Part shown: in pieces, positions 13,593 through 30,760 of the stretch | How positions within the stretch are numbered: the first letter of the stretch is position 1 | Layout of the letters: the number at the start of each line of letters is the position of its first letter | From: the human T2T-CHM13v2.0 reference genome, Homo sapiens | Length of the DNA stretch: 64,000 nt | Direction: 5' to 3' (one strand) | Assembly: GCF_009914755.1 (NCBI RefSeq) | Contig: NC_060932.1 | The notes under the pieces: model-generated | Told to the model about the DNA's origin: nothing | Database searches by the model: none | The model's input: the letters and a program-made list of their open reading frames with translations, nothing else | Translations under genes and position numbers: made by a program

Positions 13593-16500
13593 AGTTAGGT
13601 GATCAAAGGTCACCCAGCTGATACCAACATGGAACCAGGTCCTGAATCTTTCAAACTCTCACCCTGAGTGCTGTTGGCACTAAGGTATGTTGATCCTTTT
13701 CTGTTACGTGGGAGTTTAAAAACCATAATAGAAAAAAGTTCATGTACATTTGAGTGTTTCCTTGAAGAAAGCTGTAATAGCTTTCCTTTCTGATTCTGTT
13801 TAAGAGTAAATTGTATTCCTCCTCATGGTCCAGTTGTGTGTGTGTGTGTACACATGCATGCATGCACACACACATTTTGTTTTAGGAGCCAAAGTGCCTG
13901 TTATCTTAAACTATTGTTTTTTTCCTTAATAATTTCACACTGTGTCAGGAAGATGTTGGCTGCTGTCCAACTGCCTGGGGCTGGAAATTGCGGAGGCCTA
14001 GTTTCAAAAGTGATTTTATAAAGGTAAAAATAAATAAATAAAGCCAACCTACATTTACCCCACAAAATTGGCAGAAGTCTATCTCTAGGGAACAACTCCC
14101 ACGGGCCTCCTCTCGTTTGTCTGGTTCAATAGAGCCAGAGATAGACGGGCACGCCATGGCATCTGTTACTTCTGCTGCTGGACGGTTGTCAAAACTAGGA
14201 ATATTCAATTATTTGTAGTTGTTTATTTTCATGTGTGAACATTTGGCTGCCTAGCCCTTTATTTTCTTCCCTGTTTTTCTCCTTCTTCTTCATCTGCTTA
14301 TAAAATATTGGGCCTATACCACTAACCCTTGGCCGGGCAAACTTTTCTTAACACTTGGGCCTTTTCTCCCATATGACTGTTGGGATTGGAGAAGAAAGGG
14401 AATGTTTGCCTGTTTTAGTCAAGCCTGTTATAGCAAGTTAGCCACTTGAAAGAAAACACAGCAGAAAACCACTATTTTGTTTGTTTGTTTTTTAATGTAT
14501 AAAATGTGATACATCCTGAATATAATTTAAATATGCTGCTGATTTAAGACACCCCTAAAATAGCTATGCAATTGTGCCAAGAAGGAGTAAAGAAATTAAA
14601 AGAGAATTTCATTCAAAAGCTTTGAAACTCCCATAGTCAAAGAAGTATTATTTTCATTTGCTTTTTGAAGGGTAAAAATTTTTTGAAAATGATGGAAGAG
14701 AGACATCAAATGAAACCTCAATTATGGATCTTGGCTTCATGGCTTTGACAAATAATTTCTTACTAAAAACTGTTAATGGCCCTCTGCTACCCACAAATTT
14801 GAATATGTAAATAAATACATCTAGGCACATCTTCCTGGCTTACAGATGCAGCCTTCCTGTACATTTCCATTCTTATCTCCAATGATATCCCTGCAAGTGT
14901 TCTTTGTCCACCTTAGTGGCATGACCTAGATGCTTAGAGTCTAGGATGTGGGACTCATTTTCCCCTCCTTGACTTGCTTATCTATTTTTTTTTTATCCTT
15001 GGAACATATTCTGTGGCCCATCTCACACTCCAATCTCTCCCTAAATCCAAGGGCCATCTTGCATGCTGTTTCCTTCACAAAACCTAGTTTAGCAAATCCC
15101 CTATCACTTGTTGATCTCAGCAGCCTCACATACCAACTAAGTCATTGAAAGGAATGCTCTGTGGCACCCCCAGCTTCAAAATTTCATAAATTCTAAGTGT
15201 CTAACTGAGTTTTCAAAGCATCGATTTAGTACTTCTACCACACTACTTAAAATACCCCGAATGATAGTTATTTTGAAGGTATTTGTGGATTTATGTCCCT
15301 AGTTAGATCGTAAACTGCTTGAGGATTCAACCTGCATTACCCTTTTTCTTGACTCCTTAGCCTAGTACACAATCATGTATATTACCTTTGTTTTATAAAT
15401 GTGTTTGGCTTGAAAAGCAACCCTGCCAGTGTAGGATATGGCTCTAGAAAAAGACCTTTGTTAGCTGTAGGTCATGATTGCACCATGGATCTAACATGGC
15501 ATCTGGCTTCTTAGTGAATTCATAGCTTACATTGACAGATAAGGGCCAACTTTGTCCTTTCTTGTTTGTGCACTCCTAACAGTACTACAATGAAGCCATT
15601 CTAAAATGGGAATGGAAGTTAGGAAGCATGAGAATCACTAACTCTCTGTTGTTCAGTGTACAGCTCTGGAAGAGGCCTAAACTGCCCATAATACCTCCAC
15701 TGCTCCCTTCCTATCTGTTCAGAATGTGGATATATTCCCATGGCATGGAACATAATATTAAGACCGATGCTCAACACTTGGTATAAATCATACAAAAGCT
15801 TGAAACTCTCCTTCCTCTCCCATGGAAAAACAAGTGTCCAAAGCCAAGAGACAATATTATTCTACTCTGTAAATGCTCAGTCCTTTTCCATGGACTGAAA
15901 TTAATATATAGGAATACTATTGCAGGGTTTGAAAGTCTGGACCTCTAAATAAAGTTGTGCATCTAGCCAAGTAATCGCATCTAGCCCGGTAAAAAAAAAA
16001 ATGAGTGTTGAAATACAGCTCCTCTCACATTCCGGAGTATGCATTCACTAGCCAAGATGCACACTCTAGAATGTGATTTCATCCACCTGAAGGAAGAGGA
16101 GGCTAGTTTTCCTGGGCACATAGGTACTGTTTTCTCACCAGGCCTTGTGCCTGTGGGTGTCCAGTTTACACAAAGGTACCACATAGACTTTTTGCAGCAG
16201 TCCTGTGTACATAATTTGCAGGACCCAATGCAAAATGAAAATATGGAGCCCTTTGTTCAAACGTTATTAAGAGTTTTGAGTGATCAACAGCAAGTGCATT
16301 AAATCAAGCATGGAACTCTGTGTGACTGCATGGGTCACACATCCATGAAGTTGGCTCTGGTGTCAGTAATGGTGATGGTTCAAGAAATCATTTCAAATAT
16401 GCAGTTGTTACATAAAAAGCAAATAACTGGCCTGGAAAAGGTAGGTATGAATTCAAACTGTCTGATGTTGAATTGGGACAGGATTATTCTGTTTTGATTG

Positions 16501-16705
16501 AACGCCAGAGGCAGCATCACATGAGCTGACTTTTAAGGTGGCACATTTGGGGTTGAGCTAACAACTAGAAATGCCCATTGATGAGACAGTGTTTCTATGG
16601 CCACAGCTCCCTATAAACTGTACATAAATAGGCAAGGAATACATGTCTGGCAGTGATACTGGGGAAGGAATCCTGCATTCAATAAGTAGGTGAGATATGG
16701 ACTAA

Positions 16706-17023
<318 letters not shown>

Positions 17024-17035
17024 ACTAACAGAGTT

Positions 17036-18050
17036 TTAAAACATTTGACGTAATTTCAGACTTTCAGAAAAGTTGCAATATATACAAAGAATTCCCTTAA
17101 GCCCTTTACTGAGAATCTTCAGATGTTAACATTTTACTATGTTAGCGTGATCTCTTTCTGTGTTTATCTATATGTTTATTTATATAGAGAAAATTAAATT
17201 TTTTTCAGAAGTGTTTTAGATTAAGGTGCAGATATGATACCCCCTTGTTTGTAAATACTTCATGGTGTGTGTTTTAAAATCAAGGACATTTTCTGACATA
17301 ACTAGTATCATTATCAATAATTTGACAAAATACTATTATCTATTCTAGGGGCATTATCTTAGTTTATCAGTTATGCAATAATGTCCTTTAATAACAAATT
17401 CCTAGATCATGTGTTACATTCAGTTGTGAGGTCAGTTTAGCCTTCTTTAATCTGGATAAGTTCCTGATCTTCCTTTGTCTTTGATGATGTTGTGTTTTTG
17501 GAGAGTGAAGGTCCATTGTTCTATTTACTGCCCCTCTATTTGAACATGGGAAAAGGAAGCAGCACCCCTGAGGGGGCTCCCACTCACCAAATCTGGGACA
17601 ACTTGAGCATCAAAATAAATGATAGCAAAGATTATAGCTCATGAAATACGAATCCATGAATCTACACTGATGTTTTAAAAGATGAATGAATGAATGAACA
17701 TATAAGTAAATGGCACAAGGAAGAGCTCTTTCTTATTGTAAAGACATCTGTGAAATATGAATTGATTCACACAAACATCAGCATGGAGGCTAAAACTAAT
17801 GGGTGAAAGTTTCAGGAAAACTGGATATTTATATAATCTGGATGTATCACTTCACAAGATACTTATTAATTACAAAGGGGTAACTAGATAATAGCATTGC
17901 AAAGGAAAATCCTGTAGTACACCACTTTGATCAAGTAATCAATGTTAATGTCACCGAAAATGGGTCAAATCAACAGCATGTGATTTGATGTGATATCCTG
18001 ATGTGATAGGCCCAGGAGACTACATCACTTCAATGATATCCTTAGAAAAA
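17036..18050. mobile_element. Ancient L1M 3'UTR fragments (apparently both orientations)
   Basis: 'ttcagactttcagaaaagttgcaa..agaattccc' (-) and 'ccactcaccaaatctgggacaacttgagcatcaaaataaatgatag' (+) are L1MC-like motifs. Confidence 0.55.
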
Positions 18051-18053
18051 TGT

Positions 18054-18409
<356 letters not shown>

Positions 18410-19449
18410 TTTTTAATCTTCCTATGGTTAAAAATGTTTAACCATAGGAAGGCATTACACATACCTGTGTCGAGGAACTTTTTAAGTAATGGCTCATTTA
18501 ACTGTGTTTCTCAAAATGCTGTCTACATGTGGGATACTGCTTGGTGCTCCAGGAATATAGGAAGCCACCAGATAGACATGGCACATGTTTCTGAAGCATC
18601 AATCATATTCCCCTTTAGATCTGCGAAAATAAAACATGGATACAGTATGGAGTGAAATGCAAATGCTTGCATAAATTTTGAAGATATAATTTGAAACTTC
18701 AAAGTTACTTTGTGCCTGCCACATCTTTTTAGTTTCCATCCGTAGATGGCATGGGGTTAATCAATTTTTCTCCTTTTTTAGTAGAAGCATTTTAATAGAC
18801 AGTGTGAGCAACACTGAACTGTAAGAGACTCTGGTTCTAGGAACAGAGAATAACTCGTATGTAATTGATATAAGTTGTGCTACTTTTGCTTAATTAACAC
18901 ATGCACAGTGAAGAACACCAAGACGGGAACCACTAAGGCAGAAGTGTATTCCACCACATCTTACTGTGGATGGTGAAAAAGACAGTTTCCCCAAATAGTA
19001 TTCCTTCATACTATTTATTGCCAACGATTATTTTACCAAGAAGAATTTGCAGAAATATAGCTACCACCTTTGAAGGAAATCACAGCTTAATTCAGTCTGC
19101 CATTCTTATGGTGAAATTCACCTTAAAAGTTCCTGGAAGATGGCCATTTCCATAAAAACCTCAGTAGAAGTTTATCAGGGGAGAGGATATAGATTTTATT
19201 TCAATTCAACTCTCATTTTCTCCACTGAAGGAAACTTCCAACAGATAATACAAACAGCTGATAAGCAAAACAAACAAAATAATATTACCTTAGTTAATCT
19301 TTGGGGATTCTTTGAGCCTAGGAATGTCATCTTAGATTATTTCACATCCTTCCACCAGCTAAGTAAGGATGAGAAGATGCATTCCAGAAACTTGCCAAGT
19401 GGTGAAAGAATACTAACTAAGGTGTAACAGTATCAGGCATCCATGGGTA

Positions 19450-22440
19450 ATTATCTAGCATGTTCTAGGCAGCACGATAATTAATAAAATATTGTCCATT
19501 TCTTTGAAGAGTTTATAATAAGGGAAATACAAACAAGTGTTTTCATGGAATCTGGTTTGTGGTAGGCACAATATATTTTAGGAGCCACCAAGAGTGACAA
19601 TTTACTGATCCCTGAGGCCTAAGATACACTTCCTGAGTCAATGTCTGAGCTAAATCCTTAGGAAGAAGGAGGAGTAACAATTTAGAGTGAGCATTCCAAG
19701 TAAAGGAAAGTGTTTGAGTCCATCCATCCAGGATGGAACATCATGTGACCTATGTGGGAAAGCAAGCAACACAGTACTTGTAGTGAATGAATCTCAAGAT
19801 GGCAGAAGATGGTGCTACCAAAGAGAAGTGAACAGGACAAATTATGGAGGGTGTTCAAATTCTCTGCTAAGTGTTTAGATTTGTCCAGAATGTAGTTTGG
19901 GGCCATTGAAATGTCATAGGCAAGGCAGTGATGCTATCATACTTTCCAAACTCTCAACCCTCCCATTCACTGCTGTCAAAGATTTAAGGGGAGCAAGAGT
20001 CAACTCAAGGAAGCTTTGCACCAATCTTTGAGAGTGTTGATATGGCCTGAACTTCTGCAGGCATAGCATAGGTTGAAGAGGAAGGTACAAATGTGAGGAT
20101 TCAGGAACGTAAAATTAGCTAGAGTTTATGGCTGCTTAGATATGGAACTAAGGGGAAGTAAGAGAGGAGTTTGGGGACTCCTCCAAGTTTTGGGCTCGCT
20201 AGGTTTCTGGCTCAAATTATTCCATTAAGTAGGTTATGAATAGGGTAAAATAAACCAGTTTGAAGAATGAGATACTGGTTTTAGTTTTTGATCATGTCAT
20301 GTGTGAACTACCTGTGGAATATTCAATGGACTGCTTTCATCATGCTGTTGTATTTATGAGCCTGAATTTCAAGGATATGAGAGCAGAATCAAAAATACAG
20401 AATTGAGAGTCACTGGCAAGTAGGTGGTAGTTAGGTGAGTAGACATCTGTCAGGAAGATAGAAGGAGCAGGCTGTTATGAGAACTAGCTACATTTTTTTC
20501 TGTACTACACAATCTCTACCTTAGTCCTCAGCTCTCAAATTGCTGATGAGGAAAAAAAACAAAAACAAAAACAAAAAAACAACCAGCAGAACATGAGTGA
20601 AAATCTGTAAATGGTCAAGGGGTGAACACAGGAGAAGAATCCCATGAATAAGACTGAAAGAAAAAAAAAAGTAGAACAGGCACTAGGAGACCCATGAGGG
20701 AGAAGGGAAAGATTTATGAAGGAAGAAATGGTCAGTGGTGTCAATGTGATCTGACAATTGGAGTAAGAAGTGAGAAGTTTTGTTACATTTGACGTGAAGG
20801 GCTCCATCGACTTGAACAAAACAATGTAATGAGCCAGGGTGATAGGAGATTAGTGTGGATGTAGGAATCTATAGGAGAGGAGAAAGCAGAGATGATGTAG
20901 TCAACTCCTTCCCAAAGTTTGACTAAAGAGAGCACAGTTGGAACAATAGCTAGAGTTAATGATTTGAGGAATAGATGGGAATTTAATATCAGCATGAAGA
21001 TGAAATGGCTTGTATTTTTAAAAAGTGTAGAGAGGGAATAGGAGTTACAGAGTGAGGAAGTAGAGGTCAGAAGAGCTGGGTTCAAGTTCTGGGACCAACT
21101 ATTCAGTTTTGTGCACTTTCAGAGTGACTCCTGATACCGGCCACACATGAGAATCACATGGGGAACTTTTAAAAATTAAGATTCCAGGGTCTCACTCAGG
21201 ACCTTTAGAATCCTCATCTCTGGAAGGAGGGCTTGGTTTTACTGTCTTCTGGTTTTCCTTCTTCTCATTGACCACAGTTGAATCTTCTGTCCAGATTCCT
21301 TCTCTTCCCACCTGTAAATATTGTAGTATTCTAGATCTCCATCTTGAGGCCTCTTCCCTCCATAATCCAGCCTCTCTTTCGGTGGAGTCTTTCGCTCCAG
21401 GGCTTTGTTTGCTGTCTATATTCTGATCATGCTCAGCCTTAATGTGGCACCTTGTCTCCCAAATTCTTCATCTACTGCCTACCTGACACATCCACTTGGA
21501 TATCCAGTAGGTGTCTCAAACTGGCTATGTCCCAAAAAGTACTTTTTTGGTTTTCACTCCATCAATACTGCTGCAGGGTGATGGTGGAGGAAGTGGGGAT
21601 AGTTAATGGGTATAAAAATGTAGTTAAAGAATGAATAAGATTTAGTATTTGATAGCATAACAATGTGAACTATGGTGAACACTATTGTATATTTTAAAAT
21701 AACTAAAAGAATGGAATTGGAATGTTCTTAACACAAAGAAATAATAAATGCTTGAGATGATGGGTATCCCAGTAAGCTGATGGGATTATTACACATTGTA
21801 AGCATGTATCAAAACATCACATGTACTCCATAAACATATGTACCTCTTATGTACCCATAATAATTAAAAACAAAAAAATTAAAAGAAAAAAAAAATCATT
21901 GCTGTAAATTTGTGTTTATTTCCCAGTGTTTCCTGATTCAGTAAAGGGACCACAGGGGCTCCTGACAAGACCCAGGGGTATCCTGGACTTTTCTTTCCTT
22001 CATTCACATCCTGTTCACCTAAAAGTCCAGCCACCTCTGCCTCCAAACTAGATCCTGAATTTGTCCTCTTCTCTCCACCTGATACAAACATTATTTATCT
22101 CCTATGATAATCTCTTTGCTGCTTCTGCTCTTGCTGCCTTGAAATGCATTCTCTACACAGCAACAAGAATGATTACTCTTGAAGAAAAATGCAAACCAGA
22201 TCATGCTATTCCTATGGTTGAACACCATGACTTCCCAAACTTTGAACTTTTGGCCCCATAGGCATGAGCCCCCATGTCTTTCTTCCCTTCCCTGACTATA
22301 CAGTGCTTCCAGTCACCAGTCATTGTGGCTCTTGCAGCCACAGTGATTTCTTTCTCAGATCCCCATGATAGCTCCTATTTCACCGCCATTGTTCATTCAC
22401 TTTTCCTGGAAAGCATCTTCCTGATGCAGTGGTTGCATCT
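19450..22440. mobile_element. Degenerate L2 fragments (purine-rich then pyrimidine-rich blocks) with nested small elements
   Basis: L2-like phrases such as 'ccacttggatatccagtaggtgtctcaaact' and 'attctctacacagcaacaagaatgat'. Confidence 0.55.
21575..21895 (+). mobile_element. L1MA/L1PB 3' terminal fragment
   Basis: gttaatgggtataaaaatgtagttaaagaatgaataagatttagtatttgatagca...tatgtacccataataattaaaaa followed by an A tail. Confidence 0.85.
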
Positions 22441-23180
22441 TTCTTGTCAGTTCTTCATAGTTTCATCTGCATTCTGCTGGGTCGTTTTATTTTTTAAAAA
22501 ATATAGATTTGGCTACCCAAAAGGTGAAAAACTTTGAGCGAAAGTGGTTCCTTAGATCTTCCTGGTTCTGGCAAGATTGGCTTAAGGAAAGCAAAATGCA
22601 GCCTTCTTCCTTCCACTCAGTTGTTCTGTGAGGCCATGCTGGAGGTAGGAGGTGTTAGATATTTAGTGGCATATCCAGTGTTTACATGCTCATGACACTG
22701 GCCTCATCTTGTCCCGATTGACCTTCCTGGCCTCATGGAGATGTGGGATGAGGGAAGAACCAAAAAACTAATAATGTGATTAAATTGTTTTTTCTTGCTG
22801 CTGGGTTGGCTTTTCTTTTTGACTCTTTTCTAGCCCTTTGTTTTCCTTTCATCCCTCTCCAGGAGTGGTAGTGAATTACAATGAGGTGGTGAGTATTGAA
22901 AGCTTAAGGTTATTTTTAGGTCATTTCTTCTTAAACTTGTTGCTAGTTCACATCCCTCTAATTTCCTGTAGAAGACTCAGAGGTCACTCAGGAAAGTCAG
23001 AGATGATTCTCCACATCCAGGTGGTTTTTAAAACTTTGTCCCTTCAACCATGGGGTTCATTTTGCATTCCAGTGCTCAGCTGGATGCTGAGCTGCAGATA
23101 AGCTCTATTACTGCTTGTAGGAGTTGTAGAAATTAAGCTGTCTCAGAAAAGGGATACTTGACAACAGGATGAACAGCACA

Positions 23181-23519
23181 GGCTGGGTGCAGTGGCTCAT
23201 GACTATAATCTCACCACTTTGGGAGGCTAAGGCAGGAAGATTACTTGAGGTCAGGAGTTAGAGACCAGCCTGGGCAACATAGTGAGACCCCATCTCTACA
23301 AAAACATTTAAAAATTAGCCAGGCTTGATGGCATGTGCCTGTAGTTCTAGCTTCTTGGGAGGCCGAGGCAGTAGTATTGCTTGAGCTCAGGAGTTTTAAG
23401 CTGTAGTTAGCTATGATCGCACCACTGCACTCCAACTTGGGTGACAGAGAGAGACCCAATCTCTAAAGTGTGTGTGTGTGTGCATGTGTGTGTGCCTGAG
23501 TGTGTGTATATGTATATAT
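23181..23519 (+). mobile_element. AluJ with (TG)n/(TA)n tail
   Basis: J-type diagnostics; approximate TSD atgaacagcaca/atgaccagcata. Confidence 0.9.
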
Positions 23520-24490
23520 ATGACCAGCATAGTCTTTTCATATCCTGCTTGGGAACTGAGCAGCCTAAGTGCAGTCAGTGCTTCCAGGCTCTGATCTTTT
23601 GTTTTTGTTTTCCATCAAAAACACTTTGATTTGGTGGCTATTTCTGCATTCACCTAGGACTCGATTTTCTCATTAGCACAGCAAGTAGAACAACAGTACT
23701 CTCAAATGTACAGAATGTGGAACTTGCAGATATTTTGTCCCTATAGCTTTTGGTGGAACATGATGTAAAGATACAAAATGTGAGTTATCAGTGTATTTTC
23801 CCTTGGTTTAATGCCTTGAAAACAAGGCAGCAGAGAATTTCTATATTTTTAGTTAATGGCTTTTCCTGTTGAAGATTGTTAATATCTCCTATTTACGTTA
23901 AACTTCAGCTGTCCTTTATGTATTGACACAACCAAATCAATGCAGTCAATATGCAGAAATTGCCTTCTATGGAACTTGGAGACAAAGCAAACAGCAATCC
24001 TTCTTTCTACAGGCATGGTTTCCTTATGGGGGGTTCCTACCCATTATTTTCTTGTCAAAGGAAATGGTGCTGAGTGGCTTCGTAGGCAGGGTTGATCATT
24101 CTGGTGCCACATGTGCCCACTGTTGTATCCTTGGGGCCAAGAATCTACCCCCAGGCAACATAGACACATGAATTGACTCAGTATGATAGATACACTTGAG
24201 AAGAATTTAAGTGATTATTGTCTTGTAGATTTTTGCTCTTCTGAGTATAACCTCATCCTGAAAGAGAATCAGCAGTTGGTAGTGACAATTGAAGGTAGAA
24301 GGCACAAAAAAAGAAGCAGGTGGCAGTGGCCCTGAGACACCAGCACCCATGAGTGAATACAATCGACGGAAAAGTTAAGACCATTAGGGCAATAGCGAGA
24401 GGGGATTGGTTAGGAAGGGCAGGAGTGACATGGCCATGTGTGTGCTAAGAGGATCATGAAATAACTCAGAGGAAAGAATTATACTGGGCC

Positions 24491-24862
24491 TGTTTTTTGT
24501 TTGTTTGTTTTGTTTTGTTTTGTTTTGTTTGTTTTGTTTTATAGAGACAGAATCTCACTCCATCTTTCAGACTGGAGTGAAGTGGCATGATTATAGCTCA
24601 CTGTGGCTTCCAACTCCTGGGCCCACACGATTCTCCTGTCTCAGCCTCCCAAGTAGCTGGGACTACAGGCATGCGCCCCCAAGCCTATTTTGTTGTTGTT
24701 GTTGTTGTTTTCCTGGTTTTGTTTGTTTGTTTGTTTGTTTTTGAGAGATGAGGGTCTCACTGTGTGGCCCAAGCTGGTATCAAACTCCTGGCCTGAAGAG
24801 ATCCTCCCACTTTGGCCTCCCCAAATCCTGGAATTACAAGCAAAAGACACCATGCGTGACCC
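24491..24862 (-). mobile_element. AluJ with microsatellite tail and linker
   Basis: Degenerate antisense dimer with (GTTTT)n, (TTG)n and (GTTT)n tracts. Confidence 0.88.
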
Positions 24863-25637
24863 TAACTGGATCTCTTTATCTCCTCGTTTGGCTATGTTAT
24901 AGCCTTTGTAAGACACAGTTGTATTGTGTTTCTTATTCTTCAAGCCTGGTCTGTCTTGGTTTCCAGTCAGTCCTAAACTCATCGTTAAGATTTTTATCTT
25001 CCTAATTTTCAATAAATTCTCAATTTCTTTTTGGAATATGAATGATTTTTGTTTTTATAAACAAAAGAGGCTGAACACGATAGATCTTATTGTGTTGGGA
25101 GTAGCTCAATAGAGAATACTTTAAATTAGTTCTTAAAGCATTTTGGAAAACTACAACTGTCTCTACTCAGCATAATATGTCCCTACTGCAGGCACAACTA
25201 TATCTATCACCTTGGCAACCCCACTGTTACCTGACAAGCTACACTACTTGTGAACACAGGATAATGATACACAGTGCTAGTTATAAAATGCTTTATTGAT
25301 AACAGCAATTTACCAGCAGAGGGATTACAGAGCACAAGGGATCTCACAAAGGCCCAAAGTTATTTTATGGTCCTAGAAACAGCCTTGAGGAGCGTCAGCA
25401 TGACAGGACCTTTTGCATCAGCCAAACACCCTGCTGTCCCAGTAAGCAGAGAATGCTCAGTGCCTGGCATCAAGAGAAGAGAGTGCATGGAGAGTTGTAG
25501 GGTGATTCAGTGGCGTCCGTCCAAAGGTGGCCTTTCTTCGTTATTGCTGTAAGATTTACTGAACAGGAGTTATGGTTGCAATATTCAGGAATTTCAGGAA
25601 GATGTCATATATATAATATATTATTGCAACCATAATA

Positions 25638-25673
<36 letters not shown>

Positions 25674-25689
25674 CATATATATTCATTCT

Positions 25690-27825
<2,136 letters not shown>

Positions 27826-28072
27826 ACAAGATGTACTTCTCTTCTGGCTTCTGATACAGTTTGGTCTAGTACAGAGATGCTTGACAACTCAGAAGAAAGG
27901 GATCTTTTTTTGGACGTGATTTTTGGTGGCTATGAAAGTAATCCATATTCATTACAGAAATTTTGGAAAATGCAGAAACAGATAAAGGAGATAATTAATA
28001 TACCAAATTTCATCCAGTGGAAAATCTTCAAAATGTTTAGTAATTTCTTTTTAGGGTTTTTCCTATAACTAT

Positions 28073-28075
<3 letters not shown>

Positions 28076-28111
<36 letters not shown>
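28076..28111. repeat. (TA)n microsatellite
   Basis: About 18 TA units. Confidence 0.95.
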
Positions 28112-28112
<1 letters not shown>

Positions 28113-28862
28113 TAATCCCACACCAGTTGCTATTTTCAGATGGTAAGGTTTTGTATTTTTAAACCACATTTAAAAATCTATCTTTATGCATATGTATGCA
28201 ATTTGGTTCAGTTCCCTTATACAGAACAATGTGACAATGACTGCTTTTCTTCTTCCCATAGACCATGTGCACATGATTATGAGTGAGATCAGAGGGTGGA
28301 AATCTATTTATGCTCCACCCTCTCAATATACATGAATAGAAGACAAGTCTAATAAAAGAGTGTCCTCATGTGATATGAAAACTTAGGAAAGAGAGGTAGC
28401 TAGGCAAGCATTTTGCAGAGACTTGCAAGAAAAAAGTGAGAGAGCATATGTATATATGTTTAAAAGGAAAGAGATATGGTGGTTATGCTTTAAGCCAGTA
28501 CAAGTCTGATTGAGACTATAAATGGCACCTGGTGTGTGTTTTTAGGCCTGTGAGATTCTCTGCCTCAGTTTAGATATTACTCTCTGAGAAACTTTTTTGC
28601 AATCACTAGATTTATGTGGGCCCCACTGCTACATTTACAGGGTAGTTCCCACTTCTCCATCTCATCACTCAAATGTATACCTCTTAATTGTTTGTTTAAT
28701 AGCTAGTCACCCTGCTAGAGCATATGCTCTGGGAAGGCCAGGGCAGTCTGTGTCATGTTCAGTCAGGTACCCCATTGCCTGGCACAGTGTCCAGTGGGAG
28801 TCAACAGCGGGAGTGAGTGAAGAAGGCTATTGCACTTCTACACAACTCATGAAGGCAAATTA

Positions 28863-29175
<313 letters not shown>

Positions 29176-29329
29176 TTACCTGCCAAAACAGGTGTTTAAT
29201 GCAGGTGTACTTACTTTGGAATTAGATGTATTTAATAATAATACAATTACTACATTTGGGAGAGAGTGATTTTTATTACTAACATGCATATGGTAGAGAT
29301 CATGTACTCCACTCTATTTTATTTAGCAC

Positions 29330-30760
29330 TTAATCTGAATATTTACCTGTAATCTTAAATATTTTGAGCTTATGATTTTTAATGGTTGCATAATGTTCCA
29401 TTGTATGAATGCACCAAAAAATTAACCACCCCTATATTATTAAGTTATTAGCAAGTGTTCATCATTATAAATGATTATTTGAGCAATACCACTATGCATC
29501 CATTTTTCTGTGGAGCTCTCATCTTTTTTTTTTTTTTTTAGAAAACTTTAGAAGTAGAATTACTGAACCATATGAATGAATTCTTTTTAATAATAACTGT
29601 ACTGAGATATAATCCACATACCATGCAGTTTACCTATTTAAAGTGTACAATTTGGTAGTTTTTAGTATACTCACAGAGTTGTATAACCATCATCAGGGTC
29701 AATTATAGAATATTTCCATCACAACATAAAAAACCCACCAAAACTACTTCTCTTTGCTGTCCTTCCCCATACTCCTTGCTCAGCTGCAGCCCTAGGTAAC
29801 CACTCATCTATTTTCTGTCTCTATGGATTTACCTCTTCTGTATATTTCATATAAACGAATCATACAATAAGTGGACTTTTGTGAATGGCTTCTTTCACCT
29901 AGCATAGCATTTTTAAGATTCATCTATGTTGTAACGTGCATCAATATTCTTTCCTTTTTATTGCTAAACAGAATGCCATACTGTTCATCTATGAACTTTT
30001 GAAGTAACACATTACAGCTCGCTCTTCATGTATGCCCATTTTCACTTGTAGCAGTGTTTAATATTACTGTTTCTTATATGCTTGCTAACCTTGGGCATTA
30101 TTACTTAAACAAAACTAAGCCTCTTGCAAGAGGAAGGACATATATTGATGGTTCCAAAATTTGACATTTCTTGAATAATTAGTGATTTGGTCCTTTTAGA
30201 TATTTTTATTAGCCACTTGTATCTCTTCTTGTATAAATTTTGTTTCACGTCCCTTCGCCATTTTATTTGAGGGTATTGTTTTTATTTTGTTTCATAAGAG
30301 CTCTTTATATATTAAGGCTGTTAACCCTCTGCCCTTGATGTTGCTTATAATGTTTTAGATAAAAAAAAAATTTAATTTTGACAAAACACTACCTACCAAT
30401 CAATCCCTTAAGGGATCTTTAATTTCAAGTCTGGAAAAGCCTTCCTTTTCCTAAGATCCAATGAATATTTTATTTTATTACTGCTGTAGTTTTATGTAAA
30501 AATATTTCTTATTAATATAGGATTTATTTTGGTATAAAGACATTAATCTAGTTTTATTTTTTTTCTCCAAAAGGGCAACTAGTCATCTTAATACCTTTTC
30601 CCACTTAATTTATGTGTCACTTTAATCATATCCTGCATTATTCTTTTTATTTAAGTGTCTCTGAAAAATGCACTGGTTTATAGTTAATTTGCCTGATTTA
30701 TGACAAAGCTACCCCATTTTAATCATCAAGGCTTTAGGATCTAGTAATATACATGACCTC
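29330..30760 (-). mobile_element. Ancient L1ME/L1MB fragments
   Basis: 'tgagatataatccacataccatgcagtttacctatttaaagtgtacaa' L1MB-like 3'UTR within older L1 sequence. Confidence 0.65.
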
